This document shows, piece after piece, positions 50,973-61,771 of a stretch of 64,000 nucleotides of DNA. Origin of the DNA: an uncultured Pelagibacteraceae bacterium (GTDB lineage: Bacteria; Pseudomonadota; Alphaproteobacteria; Pelagibacterales; Pelagibacteraceae); assembly GCA_902583585.1 (NCBI GenBank), contig CACHWN010000001.1, forward strand, positions 32,831-96,830, written 5' to 3'. Below the pieces are notes generated by a model. The model was not told where the DNA came from. It made no database searches and saw only the letters and a list, made by a program, of their open reading frames with translations. The position numbers were made by a program, and so were the translations under genes. The first letter of the stretch is position 1; the number at the start of each line of letters is the position of its first letter.

Positions 50973-51329
50973 ATGAAAGTATCATTCACACTATCAGCAA
51001 AAAAATTACTTAATGAAATTAAAGAAGTTCACGGAGACGATCTTTTATTTCATCAATCAGGCGGATGCTGTGATGGTAGCGCGCCTATGTGTTTTCCAGC
51101 AAAAGAATATCAAGTTGGTAACAGCGATGTAAAACTAGGAGAGGTAGACGGAACTCCTTTTTATATGAACGAGGACCAATACGAAAAATGGAAACATACA
51201 GATCTTACAATTGATGCAGTTAAAGGAATTGGAGGAATGTTTTCCCTAGATAATGGTACAGGACAAAGATTTCTTACAAAATCTGAAATATGCGTTGTTG
51301 TAGATAACGACAAAAAGCAGACTAATTAA
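50973..51329 (+). CDS. DUF779 family protein
   Basis: HQSGGCCDGSAPMC, QYEKWKHT, FSL motifs; a usual neighbour of AldB-type genes; start placed after the hairpin. Confidence 0.85.
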   Translation: MKVSFTLSAKKLLNEIKEVHGDDLLFHQSGGCCDGSAPMCFPAKEYQVGNSDVKLGEVDGTPFYMNEDQYEKWKHTDLTIDAVKGIGGMFSLDNGTGQRFLTKSEICVVVDNDKKQTN

Positions 51330-51372
51330 TCTCTATATAGACAAGCCGAAAAATATCTGTATTTAATAAACT

Positions 51373-54048
51373 ATGAGCGAAATTTTGCTTACAGATGTAA
51401 GAAAAAAATTTTTGGATTATTTTAAAAAAAACAATCATCAAATTGTTGACTCAAGCAATTTAGTACCAAATAACGACCCTACATTAATGTTTACGAATTC
51501 AGGTATGGTTCAGTTTAAAAATGTTTTCACTGGGTTAGAAAAAAGACCATATAAAACAGCCACTACATCACAAAAATGTGTAAGAGCAGGTGGAAAACAT
51601 AATGATTTAGAAAATGTTGGCTATACACCTAGACACCATACTTTTTTTGAAATGCTGGGAAATTTTTCATTCGGTGATTATTTTAAAGAACAAGCTATTC
51701 ATCATGCTTGGACTTTGTTGACTAGAGACTTTGATTTACCTAAAGAAAAATTATTAGTTACTGTTTTTAATGAAGATAATGATGCATTCAATCTTTGGAA
51801 AAAAATTGCTGGTTTAAATGAAAGCAAAATTATAAAAATTTCTACATCTGATAATTTTTGGTCAATGGGTGATACAGGGCCCTGTGGTCCTTGTTCTGAA
51901 ATTTTTTATGATCATGGTGATAAGTTGAAAGGTGGTCCGCCTGGAAGCCCCGAAGAAGACGGTGATAGATTTATAGAAATTTGGAACCTTGTATTTATGC
52001 AGTACGAACAAATATCAAAAACAAAAAGAATTGATCTGCCAAAACCCTCAGTAGATACAGGCATGGGACTCGAGAGAATGACAGCAGTTTTACAAGGGAC
52101 TCATGACAATTATAAAATTGATCACTTCAAAAAAATAATGGCTGCTTCATCTGATATAACAAAGACTTTAATCGACAGTAAAACAATAGCAAGCCACAGA
52201 GTTATTGCTGATCACTTAAGAGCAAGTAGTTTTTTAATTGCCGAAGGGATATTACCTTCAAATGAAGGACGTGGATATGTTTTAAGAAGAATAATGAGAA
52301 GAGGGATGAGACATGCTCATTCTTTAGGCAGCAAAAATCCTGTTTTTTATAAACTTTTTGAAGTTTTATTAAATGAGATGCAAAATAGTTACCCAGAATT
52401 AATAAGTGGTAGAGAGTTGATAGTTGAAACTCTTAAAAATGAAGAAGAGAAATTTTCCTCTCTTTTAGAGCGCGGTATGAAAATACTCAATGAAAATTTA
52501 AATAAAGTCCAAAATAAAACTTTACCGGGTTTAGAAGCTTTTAAATTATATGATACTTATGGCTTTCCCTTAGACCTTACTGCCGACATCCTAAGAGGTA
52601 AAGATATTACAGTAGACAATGTTGGTTTTGAGAGAGAGATGGAAAAAAGCAAAGCTTTAGCAAGAGCGAATTGGAAAGGATCAGGAGATAAGTCTGTTGA
52701 GGAAAGGTGGTTTAAAGTTAGAGAGGAACTAAGTCCTACTGAATTTTTAGGCTATGAATTTGATAAAGCTGAAGGTGTAATATTAAAAATTTCAAAAAAA
52801 GGTAAATTTGTAGCCTCTGCTAGCACTAGCGATGAAATAGAAATAATAGCAAATCAAACTCCATTTTATGGTGAGTCTGGCGGTCAAGTAGGTGATCAGG
52901 GTTATATTTTTAATACCGATTGTAAAATTAAAATAAATGATACTCAAAAAAAAATGGGAGATTTATTTGTTCATTATGGAAAAGTTGAAATGGGTACAAT
53001 TTCAATTGGGCAAAGCGTTAATTTAGAAATAGATGTCTTAAAAAGAAATAATTCAAAAGCCTATCATTCAGCTACTCATTTATTACATGAATCATTAAGA
53101 AGAACTTTAGGAAAGCATGTGACACAAAAAGGTTCATTAGTCTCTCCTGAAAGGCTAAGATTTGATTTTAGTCATAACAAACCTATTGAAAAAAATGAAA
53201 TGGCTAAAATAAACAATATAGTTAATGACATAGTAACTGGATCCACAGACGTGCAAACAAGAATAATGACCCCAAAGGAGGCAGTTGGCATGGGTGCCCT
53301 TGCATTGTTCGGAGAAAAGTATGGGGAGGAAGTAAGAGTGGTATTTATGGGAAAAGAAAATAGTGGTTTCTTCTCAACAGAACTATGTGGGGGAACACAT
53401 GTTAAAAACACTAAAGAAGTTGGTAAGTTTAAAGTAATAAGTCAATCTTCTATTGCATCAGGAGTAAGAAGGGTTGAGGCATTAAGGGACAAGCAATTAG
53501 AAGAATACGAAAAAACACAAAAAAAAGATAAATCTCTGAAAGAGTCAAATCTTAAAAAAGATATAAAATTAATTAAAAATGAACTACAAAAATTGAAAAT
53601 TAAACCTAATTTTAAAGAAGATTTAGATTTGTCCGAAAATTTAAAAAATTTGAATAAACAGCTTAATAAAGTAAAAATTGAGGGTATCAAGAAAGATAAA
53701 AGTAAAAATATAATCAAAGATAAAAAGATTGGGAATATATTAATACGAGAACAAATTTTAAAAGATTTTCCTCCAAAAGAACTAAGAAGTGTAATTGATC
53801 AAGGAAAAAAAGATATAAAATCTGGAATTTTAATTAGTATTTCAACGTTTGAAGATAAGGTGGGTTTAGCTGTAGGTATTTCCCAAGATTTGACTTCAAA
53901 ATATAATGCCGTAGATCTGGTAAAAGCTGCGTCAGCAATTCTTGGAGGCAAAGGAGGCGGTGGTAGGAAAGACTTTGCTCAAGCAGGTGGGGTAGATAAA
54001 AGCAAAATTGATGAAGCTTTTAAGGAAATATCTAAGAAAATTAGTTAA
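51373..54048 (+). CDS. alaS: Alanyl-tRNA synthetase
   Basis: [50 protein letters not shown]. Confidence 0.98.
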   Translation: MSEILLTDVRKKFLDYFKKNNHQIVDSSNLVPNNDPTLMFTNSGMVQFKNVFTGLEKRPYKTATTSQKCVRAGGKHNDLENVGYTPRHHTFFEMLGNFSFGDYFKEQAIHHAWTLLTRDFDLPKEKLLVTVFNEDNDAFNLWKKIAGLNESKIIKISTSDNFWSMGDTGPCGPCSEIFYDHGDKLKGGPPGSPEEDGDRFIEIWNLVFMQYEQISKTKRIDLPKPSVDTGMGLERMTAVLQGTHDNYKIDHFKKIMAASSDITKTLIDSKTIASHRVIADHLRASSFLIAEGILPSNEGRGYVLRRIMRRGMRHAHSLGSKNPVFYKLFEVLLNEMQNSYPELISGRELIVETLKNEEEKFSSLLERGMKILNENLNKVQNKTLPGLEAFKLYDTYGFPLDLTADILRGKDITVDNVGFEREMEKSKALARANWKGSGDKSVEERWFKVREELSPTEFLGYEFDKAEGVILKISKKGKFVASASTSDEIEIIANQTPFYGESGGQVGDQGYIFNTDCKIKINDTQKKMGDLFVHYGKVEMGTISIGQSVNLEIDVLKRNNSKAYHSATHLLHESLRRTLGKHVTQKGSLVSPERLRFDFSHNKPIEKNEMAKINNIVNDIVTGSTDVQTRIMTPKEAVGMGALALFGEKYGEEVRVVFMGKENSGFFSTELCGGTHVKNTKEVGKFKVISQSSIASGVRRVEALRDKQLEEYEKTQKKDKSLKESNLKKDIKLIKNELQKLKIKPNFKEDLDLSENLKNLNKQLNKVKIEGIKKDKSKNIIKDKKIGNILIREQILKDFPPKELRSVIDQGKKDIKSGILISISTFEDKVGLAVGISQDLTSKYNAVDLVKAASAILGGKGGGGRKDFAQAGGVDKSKIDEAFKEISKKIS

Positions 54049-55255
54049 GCCTTTTCTTTAAGTTTCCATCAATTGCTTCCAAAAATTGATTTGTAGTTAG
54101 AAACTTATTTGATTTATCTATAAGAATTGCAAGATCTTTAGTCATAAAACCACTCTCAACTGTTTTAATACAAACTTCCTCAACATTTTTTGAAAATTTA
54201 ATTAGTTCTTGATTGTCATCAAGTTTTCCTCTGTGAGCTAAACCTCTAGTCCACGCAAATATAGATGCTATTGGGTTTGTCGAAGTTTGCTTTCCCTCTT
54301 GATGCATTCTGTAATGTCTAGTTACAGTTCCGTGGGCAGCTTCGGACTCTACTGTTTTACCATCTGGAGTCATCAATACACTAGTCATCAACCCTAAAGA
54401 TCCAAATCCTTGTGCTACTGTATCTGATTGCACATCACCATCATAATTTTTACACGCCCAAACATACCCGCCATTCCATTTCATGGCGCATGCAACCATA
54501 TCATCAATCAATCTATGTTCGTATGTAATATTTGCTTTTTTAAATTTATCAGAAAATTCTTTATTAAAAACTTCTTGGAAAAGGTCTTTAAATCTACCAT
54601 CATAAGCTTTTAAAATTGTATTCTTAGTTGATAAATATACTGGCCAATTTCTTTCAAGGCCATAATTCATACATGCTCTTGCAAAATTCTTAATAGAAAC
54701 ATCTAAATTGTACATCGCAAGAGCAGTTCCAGATCCGGGAAAATCAAAAACTTTAAACTTTTTTATATCTTTTCCATCTTTTGAGGTCCATTTGACTTCC
54801 AAATTTCCTTCACCAGGTATCAGAAAGTCAGTAGCTCGATATTGATCACCAAAGGCATGTCTCCCAATCACAATTGGTTTGGTCCAACCAGGAACTAGTT
54901 TAGGCACATTGTTACAAATAATTGGTTCTCTAAAAACCGTTCCTCCTAAAATATTTCTAATAGTTCCATTTGGAGACCTCCACATCTTCTTTAATTTGAA
55001 TTCTTTGACTCGGGCCTCATCAGGTGTGATCGTAGCACATTTCACCCCCACACCATGTTGCTTGATTGCATTTGCCGCATCTACTGTGATTTGGTCATCA
55101 GTTTTGTCTCGGCTTTCCATCCCAAGGTCGTAATATTTAAGATTTACCTCAAGATAAGGTTTTATTAGCTTATCTTTAATAAATGACCATATAATTCTGG
55201 TCATTTCATCGCCGTCTAGCTCTACTACTGGATTTTTAACTTTTATTTTTGACAT
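54041..55255 (-). CDS. icd: NADP-dependent isocitrate dehydrogenase
   Basis: [42 protein letters not shown]. Confidence 0.97.
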   Translation of the reverse strand: MSKIKVKNPVVELDGDEMTRIIWSFIKDKLIKPYLEVNLKYYDLGMESRDKTDDQITVDAANAIKQHGVGVKCATITPDEARVKEFKLKKMWRSPNGTIRNILGGTVFREPIICNNVPKLVPGWTKPIVIGRHAFGDQYRATDFLIPGEGNLEVKWTSKDGKDIKKFKVFDFPGSGTALAMYNLDVSIKNFARACMNYGLERNWPVYLSTKNTILKAYDGRFKDLFQEVFNKEFSDKFKKANITYEHRLIDDMVACAMKWNGGYVWACKNYDGDVQSDTVAQGFGSLGLMTSVLMTPDGKTVESEAAHGTVTRHYRMHQEGKQTSTNPIASIFAWTRGLAHRGKLDDNQELIKFSKNVEEVCIKTVESGFMTKDLAILIDKSNKFLTTNQFLEAIDGNLKKRLN

Positions 55256-55319
55256 AAAATATTGATTGATAAACTTTAATTTTTATACATATTAAGAAAA
55301 ATTTAGCAAACTTAAAATT

Positions 55320-55970
55320 ATGTTTAATACTATTTTTCCGAAAATTCATAAAGAAGGATACAAATTTTTAGCCATTTCCATATTGACTACATTTATAGTC
55401 TTAATTTTTTCTAAATTTCTTGGATCAATTTTAATAATCATTTCATTTTGGGTATATTACTTTTTTCGAGATCCTGATCGATATTCAATCAATGATGATA
55501 GTTATTTAGTAAGCCCGGCAGACGGATTAATCACCGATATTTCAGAAAAGTCTGGACCTGAAGAATTAAGATTAGAAAATACTACATACACAAGAGTGAG
55601 CGTATTCATGAATGTGTTTAATTGTCATGTTAATAGAGTACCTACAAGCGGAAAAGTTGAGGAAATTTATTACAAGCCTGGAAAATTTTTAAATGCATCT
55701 TTAGACAAAGCAAGTGAAGAAAACGAAAGAAATTTTTTCAAAGTAAAAACTAATAACAATAATGAAGAGATTATCATCGTTCAAATTGCTGGGTTAATAG
55801 CAAGAAGAATAGTTTGTGACGTAGAACAAGGGCAAAATCTAAAACAAGGAGAAAGAATCGGAATGATTAGATTTGGAAGTAGAGTTGATATTTACTTTAA
55901 AAATAAGAAAGTTCTAGCAAAAATTGGACAAAATGTTACTGCCGGAGAAAGTTTAATAGCTTCAGATTAA
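55320..55970 (+). CDS. psd: Phosphatidylserine decarboxylase proenzyme
   Basis: FFRDP, SPADG, HVNR, self-cleavage motif FGSRVD. Confidence 0.94.
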   Translation: MFNTIFPKIHKEGYKFLAISILTTFIVLIFSKFLGSILIIISFWVYYFFRDPDRYSINDDSYLVSPADGLITDISEKSGPEELRLENTTYTRVSVFMNVFNCHVNRVPTSGKVEEIYYKPGKFLNASLDKASEENERNFFKVKTNNNNEEIIIVQIAGLIARRIVCDVEQGQNLKQGERIGMIRFGSRVDIYFKNKKVLAKIGQNVTAGESLIASD

Positions 55971-56761
55971 TGAAACAGGATAAAAAATTTAAATTAGTTA
56001 CATCAAAAAAAACGAGATATCTTTTGCCAAATATTCTTACTTTGGGGGGATTGTGTTTAGGAATAAGCTCAATTAAATTTTCTATAGATGGAAACTTTAG
56101 TTTAGCAGTAACCTTAATTCTATTTGCGGCAATTTTAGACGCTTTGGATGGTAGAATTGCAAGATTAATTAATGGCACTTCTGAATTTGGAAAAGAGTTA
56201 GACTCTTTAACTGATTTCGTTAGTTTTGGAATTGCTCCAGTATTAATTCTTTATTTTTGGAACCTTAACACTTATGGGAAACTTGGATGGGCTATTGCAT
56301 TAATTTATTCTGTTTGTTGTGTTTTAAGACTTGCAAGATTCAATCTTACTAAAATTGACACTCAGCAAGAGTGGAAATATAATTTTTTTGAAGGGATCCC
56401 ATCCCCAGTTGGTGGTTTATTAATATTGATGCCCTTAATATACGAACTTGCAAATTTAAATTTTAATTTTAACTTAAAGATTTTTACGCCGTTTTTAACT
56501 ATTTTAATCGCATTGCTTTTAGTTAGTAAAATTCCCACATTATCTTTTAAGAAAATTTCTATTTCATCAAAAACTACGGTATTTTTATTACTAGCAGCTG
56601 GTGTAATATTTATTGCATTATTATTTTATACTTTTGAAACCCTTTTAATTTTTGGTTTGGTTTATATGTTAATTATTCCTGCTAGTATTTTTATTTACAA
56701 ATCTCAGCAAAAAAAAAATATTTATAAAACATCTGATGAGGACCATGAAGATATTTTATAA
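55970..56761 (+). CDS. pssA: CDP-diacylglycerol--serine O-phosphatidyltransferase
   Basis: PNxLT, DALDGRIAR...GKELDSLTD, RLARFN. Confidence 0.93.
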   Translation: MKQDKKFKLVTSKKTRYLLPNILTLGGLCLGISSIKFSIDGNFSLAVTLILFAAILDALDGRIARLINGTSEFGKELDSLTDFVSFGIAPVLILYFWNLNTYGKLGWAIALIYSVCCVLRLARFNLTKIDTQQEWKYNFFEGIPSPVGGLLILMPLIYELANLNFNFNLKIFTPFLTILIALLLVSKIPTLSFKKISISSKTTVFLLLAAGVIFIALLFYTFETLLIFGLVYMLIIPASIFIYKSQQKKNIYKTSDEDHEDIL

Positions 56762-57387
56762 TGAAAAAATCAAAGAGAGCAAAAAAAAGTAATTCATGGA
56801 AAATAAAACAGCATCGAGATCAATTTTTTAAAAAGTCAAAAACTTTAGGTTATAGATCAAGAGCTTCATTTAAACTAATAGAACTAAATAATAAATTTAA
56901 TTTTTTAAAAAAAAACACAAATCTTCTTGACCTTGGAGCTAGTCCCGGTGGATGGTCCCAGGTTGCTAGAAAAATGATTATTAGTGGCAAAATTTTATCT
57001 ATTGATATTAAGCCTATGAGTCCAATAAGGAACGTAAAATTTTTCAATTGTGATATTTTTGATGACAACTCAAAGAAAAAGATAACCGATTTTTTCAATG
57101 GAAAAATCGATGTAGCCGTGTCTGATATGGCAGCAGATACAACAGGAAACAAATCTCTTGATTCTATAAGAACAAATTTATTATGTTCAGAGGCTATTAA
57201 TTTCTCATCAAAAATTCTAAAAAAAAATGGGGTATTTGTGTCAAAGGTATTTATGGGAGATGACTTCATACAAGTAAAAACTCTGGCTAAATCAACATTT
57301 GAAAAGGTAAATTTCTTTAAGCCAGATTCGAGCAGGAGTGAGTCGAAAGAGACTTATTTACATTGTAAGATTTTAAAGTCTTTATAA
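56761..57387 (+). CDS. rlmE: 23S rRNA Um2552 methyltransferase
   Basis: YRSRASFKL, DLGASPGGWSQ, SDMA, SRSESxE. Confidence 0.93.
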   Translation: MKKSKRAKKSNSWKIKQHRDQFFKKSKTLGYRSRASFKLIELNNKFNFLKKNTNLLDLGASPGGWSQVARKMIISGKILSIDIKPMSPIRNVKFFNCDIFDDNSKKKITDFFNGKIDVAVSDMAADTTGNKSLDSIRTNLLCSEAINFSSKILKKNGVFVSKVFMGDDFIQVKTLAKSTFEKVNFFKPDSSRSESKETYLHCKILKSL

Positions 57388-57413
57388 ATTTTAAAAATTG
57401 TATATAAGTTTAT

Positions 57414-58493
57414 ATGGATACAATAAAAGAATCTTTAACCTTTGATGATGTATTGTTGCTTCCGCAGTATTCTAATGTATTGCCAAATCAAACAGATATT
57501 TCAATAGAACTAACAAAAAAAATTAAATTAAAAGTTCCTTTCTTATCTTCAGCAATGGATACAGTTACAGAATCTAAAATGGCCATAGCTATTGCAAAAG
57601 CCGGTGGCATTGGAATTATACATAGAAATTTAGACATAAAAAAACAAACCAATGAAATTACTCAGGTAAAAAAGAAAAAATTATTTGTAGGTGCTGCAGT
57701 GGGGACTGGTGGCGATGACATAATAAGAGCAAAATCATTAGTCGATGGCGGCTGTGATTTAATTGTAATTGATACTGCCCACGGTCACAGCGGAAAGGTA
57801 TTAAATACATTGTCAAAATTAAAAAATATTAAAAGTACAGTCCCAATATGTGTAGGTAATATAGCAACAGGAGATGCAGCGAAGAAACTGTATAATTCAG
57901 GTGCTGACATTATAAAAGTAGGTATAGGTCCCGGATCAATTTGCACAACAAGAATGGTTGCAGGAATTGGTGTTCCACAAATTTCAGCAATTATGGAAGT
58001 AAGCAATGCCTTAAAAAATAAAAAAGTAAAGATTATATCTGATGGAGGTATAAAATTTTCTGGAGATCTTGCAAAAGCCTTAGCCGCTGGTGCCGATGCA
58101 ATTATGATGGGATCTATATTTGCTGGAACAGATGAAAGTCCAGGAAAAAAATTTAAGATAAAAGGAAAAATTTATAAACAATATCGAGGCATGGGATCTA
58201 TTGGCGCTATGTCATCTGGCTCTGCAAATAGATATTTTCAAAAAAAATTTAAAGATAAATCAAAATTTGTACCAGAAGGTGTGGAAGGTAGAGTAGAATA
58301 TAAAGGAAATGTTTCAAAAATTATTTATCAATTACAAGGTGGTCTGCGCTCATCAATGGGGTATATTGGAGCAAAAAATTTAAATCAATTAAAAAAAAAT
58401 GCTAAATTTATTAAAATTACAAAAGCTGGTTTTTATGAGAGTATGGTCCATAGTGTAGAGATGACTCAAAAATCAATTAATTTCAAATTATGA
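57414..58493 (+). CDS. guaB: IMP dehydrogenase lacking the CBS subdomain
   Basis: LTFDDVLL, SSAMDTVTE, GIGPGSICTTR, YRGMGS, PEGVEG. Confidence 0.95.
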   Translation: MDTIKESLTFDDVLLLPQYSNVLPNQTDISIELTKKIKLKVPFLSSAMDTVTESKMAIAIAKAGGIGIIHRNLDIKKQTNEITQVKKKKLFVGAAVGTGGDDIIRAKSLVDGGCDLIVIDTAHGHSGKVLNTLSKLKNIKSTVPICVGNIATGDAAKKLYNSGADIIKVGIGPGSICTTRMVAGIGVPQISAIMEVSNALKNKKVKIISDGGIKFSGDLAKALAAGADAIMMGSIFAGTDESPGKKFKIKGKIYKQYRGMGSIGAMSSGSANRYFQKKFKDKSKFVPEGVEGRVEYKGNVSKIIYQLQGGLRSSMGYIGAKNLNQLKKNAKFIKITKAGFYESMVHSVEMTQKSINFKL

Positions 58494-58912
58494 CTCAACG
58501 ATTATTAATATTTATAATAATTTTCGTACTTTTATCAAATTTTTCGTTAGCAAAAAACAAATTTTTTGAGGAAGGACTTAACCTGTACAAAGTAAAAAAA
58601 TATGATGAAGCAAAGTTTAAATTTGAGCAAGATATAGTTTTTAATCCAAAAAGCGAGATGTCATATTTATATCTTTCGAGAATTTTTAATAATTTCAAAG
58701 AAAAAGTTCTTGAGGAGCAAAATTTACACACTGTAATTCTACTTAATCCAAATAATGAAGAGGCAATTTATTATTTGGCTAAATTGAAATTAGATAATTC
58801 GGACTATAAAAAAAGCAAAGAATTAAATAATAAGCTGATGACTGTTTGCAAAAAACTTTGCGAAGAGAGCAAGAAATTAAAAATTGAAATTGAAAATTTA
58901 TCAAAAAAATAA
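58490..58912 (+). CDS. Secreted tetratricopeptide repeat protein
   Basis: Signal peptide; TPR-like repeats (FNPKSEMSYLYL, LNPNNEEAIYYLA). Confidence 0.75.
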   Translation: MTQRLLIFIIIFVLLSNFSLAKNKFFEEGLNLYKVKKYDEAKFKFEQDIVFNPKSEMSYLYLSRIFNNFKEKVLEEQNLHTVILLNPNNEEAIYYLAKLKLDNSDYKKSKELNNKLMTVCKKLCEESKKLKIEIENLSKK

Positions 58913-60472
58913 ATGCAATTTCATAGTCATAAAGATAAGATAATTATAGTTGATTTTGGCTCACAAGTTACTAAACTTATAGCAAGAAGAGTGAGAGAAC
59001 TTGGTGTTTATTCAGAAATACTTACACCATCTCAAATTAAAAAGATTAAAGATTATGATACTATAAAAGGAATAATTTTATCTGGCGGTCCTTCAACAGT
59101 CACAAAAAAAAAATTTCAGACAGTTCCAAAAAAAATTTTTAAAATTAAAATACCGATACTAGGAATTTGTTACGGTTTACAACTTATTGCAAAGCTATAC
59201 GGTGGAAAGATTAAATCTTCAAAAAAGAGGAGAGAGTTTGGCAGGGCGCTTATTTTGAAAAAAAAAAATTCAATTTTAACAAAAGGCTTTTTTTACAAAG
59301 GAAGTTCTGTTTGGATGAGCCATGAAGACGCAGTAGTAAAATTACCAAAGAATTTTCAAGTCGTTGCATCTACTAACGAGTCTAAATTAACAATTCTAGA
59401 AAATAACAGAGAAAAGATTTATGGTGTACAATTTCATCCAGAGGTGACTCATACCGATAATGGTAAATATATTTTTAAAAATTTCTTATTTTCAATTTGT
59501 AAATTAAAAAAAAAGTGGAGTATTCCCTCACAAAAAAATAGACTTATTCAAGATATAAGAAGTAAAGTAAAAAAAGGTAAAGTATTGTGCGCACTTTCTG
59601 GAGGGGTGGATAGTAGCGTGGTTGCTTTATTAATTAATAAAGCAATTAAAAAAAATCTAATTTGCATAATGGTTGATACCGGGCTTATGAGAAAGAATGA
59701 ATTCAAATATACCTTCAAATTATTCAAAAAAAAATACAAATTGAATGTTAGATTGATTAATGCCTCAAGCATTTTTCTTAAAAGATTAAAAAATATACAC
59801 GACCCAGAAAAAAAAAGAAAGATAATAGGTAAATTGTTTATAAGAATATTTGAAAGAGAAGCAAAAAAATTTAAAAATGTAAAATATTTAGCGCAAGGAA
59901 CATTGTATCCAGATATAATTGAAAGCCAATCTCCGACAGGAAGTAAGTCTTCAAAGATAAAATCACATCATAACGTAGGAGGCTTACCTAAAAAAATGAA
60001 ATTAAAATTAATTGAACCATTAAGAGAATTTTTTAAAGATGAAGTAAGAGTTCTTGGAAATTCATTAGGTTTGACCAAAGATATTTCTAATAGACATCCT
60101 TTTCCTGGACCAGGACTTGGCATAAGGATACTAGGAAATGTTACAAGAGAGAAAATAAATATACTCCAAAAAGCTGATTACATTTATATAAACGAACTTA
60201 ACAGACTAAAACTTTATGATAAAATATGGCAAGCTTATGCTGCTTTATTACCTGTAAGAACAGTGGGAGTTATGGGAGATTCGCGAACATATGAATATAC
60301 CTGCTTATTGAGAGCCGTAACCTCAGAAGACGGAATGACAGCAGATTTTTTTACATTTCCGAAAGATTTTTTTAACAATATTTCAAATAAAATAATAAAT
60401 AACGTAAAAGGTATAAACAGAGTGGTTTATGATATAAGCTCAAAACCACCAAGTACAATCGAGTTAGAATAA
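58913..60472 (+). CDS. guaA: GMP synthase (glutamine-hydrolysing)
   Basis: [40 protein letters not shown]. Confidence 0.97.
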   Translation: MQFHSHKDKIIIVDFGSQVTKLIARRVRELGVYSEILTPSQIKKIKDYDTIKGIILSGGPSTVTKKKFQTVPKKIFKIKIPILGICYGLQLIAKLYGGKIKSSKKRREFGRALILKKKNSILTKGFFYKGSSVWMSHEDAVVKLPKNFQVVASTNESKLTILENNREKIYGVQFHPEVTHTDNGKYIFKNFLFSICKLKKKWSIPSQKNRLIQDIRSKVKKGKVLCALSGGVDSSVVALLINKAIKKNLICIMVDTGLMRKNEFKYTFKLFKKKYKLNVRLINASSIFLKRLKNIHDPEKKRKIIGKLFIRIFEREAKKFKNVKYLAQGTLYPDIIESQSPTGSKSSKIKSHHNVGGLPKKMKLKLIEPLREFFKDEVRVLGNSLGLTKDISNRHPFPGPGLGIRILGNVTREKINILQKADYIYINELNRLKLYDKIWQAYAALLPVRTVGVMGDSRTYEYTCLLRAVTSEDGMTADFFTFPKDFFNNISNKIINNVKGINRVVYDISSKPPSTIELE

Positions 60473-60484
60473 GAATACTTAAAA

Positions 60485-61264
60485 ATGAATAATAAAATTA
60501 TAAAAATTCAAAAAAAAAAGAATAAATCTAAAATAGTAAGTTTAACGGCGTATTCAAAAAATATTGCTAAAATTCTTGATAAGTATTGTGATATCGTGCT
60601 TGTTGGAGATTCAATGGCAAATGTTCTTTATGGATTAAACAATACACATTCAATAAGTATAGAAAATATTATTCAACATACTATTAGTGTCAAAAAAGGA
60701 GTAAAAAACTCACTTCTAGTGGTAGATATGCCTAAAGGAACTTACAGTAATAGTATACTAGCAAAAAAAAATGCCAAAAATATAATGAGGTTAACAAAAT
60801 GCGATGCTGTTAAAATTGAGAGTAATGGTAGAAATTTTAATATAATTAAAGAACTTGTAAAAATAAAAATACCTGTGATGGGTCACATAGGTTTTACTCC
60901 ACAATTTAAAAATAACTTTAAAATTGAAGGTGATAGTAAAAAAAAAGCGATAAAACTTTTAAAAGAGGCTAAAAATGTAGAAAAGTCTGGAGCATTCTCT
61001 ATTGTATTAGAATGTATTTCTCCACTGTCCTCAAAATTGATAACAAAAAATTTAAACATACCGACTATTGGAATAGGTTCCTCTTCTCATTGCGACGGGC
61101 AAATACTAGTAACAGATGATATGTTGGGAATAAGTGGTTTTTATCCTAAATTTGTAAAAAAATATGCATTTTTAGACAGAATAATTGAAAAAGCTGTAAA
61201 AAAATATACTAGAGAAGTAAAATCAAAAAAATTTCCAACTATTAAAAATTTTTTAAATGGATGA
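60485..61264 (+). CDS. panB: 3-methyl-2-oxobutanoate hydroxymethyltransferase
   Basis: LTAY, LVGDS, DMP, VKIE, MGHIG.TPQ, PTIGIG, DGQILV. Confidence 0.93.
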   Translation: MNNKIIKIQKKKNKSKIVSLTAYSKNIAKILDKYCDIVLVGDSMANVLYGLNNTHSISIENIIQHTISVKKGVKNSLLVVDMPKGTYSNSILAKKNAKNIMRLTKCDAVKIESNGRNFNIIKELVKIKIPVMGHIGFTPQFKNNFKIEGDSKKKAIKLLKEAKNVEKSGAFSIVLECISPLSSKLITKNLNIPTIGIGSSSHCDGQILVTDDMLGISGFYPKFVKKYAFLDRIIEKAVKKYTREVKSKKFPTIKNFLNG

Positions 61265-61766
61265 AGATTTAAATAAAAACACAATTCATAATAATAAGTT
61301 AATCAATATTTATAATAAGCATAAAATAAAAATATATTTTTTAATTGTTGTTATATTTACTCTTTCCCTCTTTAATATTTTTTTAAACATTCATCAAAAT
61401 AATAAAAATGATTTAGCCTCTGAAAAATATATTGAGGCAGGACTATATCTTGCCAAAGGTGATAAAATTAGATCTAAAGAATTATTTGAAGAGGTAATTT
61501 ATAAAAAGAATAAATTTTATAGCTTATTATCACTAAATACTTTGATAGAAAAAAATTTAGTCACTGATACAGAACAAATACTCAAATACTTTGAAATTAT
61601 AGAGTCAATGAATAATTCAAATGAGCAAAAAGACTTAATCATATTAAAAAAAGGGCTATATCTCATTAATAGCTCAAAAGAGATAGAGGGAATTCAATTA
61701 TTAAAAAGTTTAGTAGAAAAAAACTCAGCTCTTAGACACCTTGCGTTAGAGATATTGAATAAATAA
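61257..61766 (+). CDS. Membrane-anchored TPR-like protein (YfgM-like)
   Basis: Single N-terminal TM helix followed by helical repeats; lies upstream of a BamB-like gene. Confidence 0.6.
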   Translation: MDEDLNKNTIHNNKLINIYNKHKIKIYFLIVVIFTLSLFNIFLNIHQNNKNDLASEKYIEAGLYLAKGDKIRSKELFEEVIYKKNKFYSLLSLNTLIEKNLVTDTEQILKYFEIIESMNNSNEQKDLIILKKGLYLINSSKEIEGIQLLKSLVEKNSALRHLALEILNK

Positions 61767-61771
61767 TTTTT

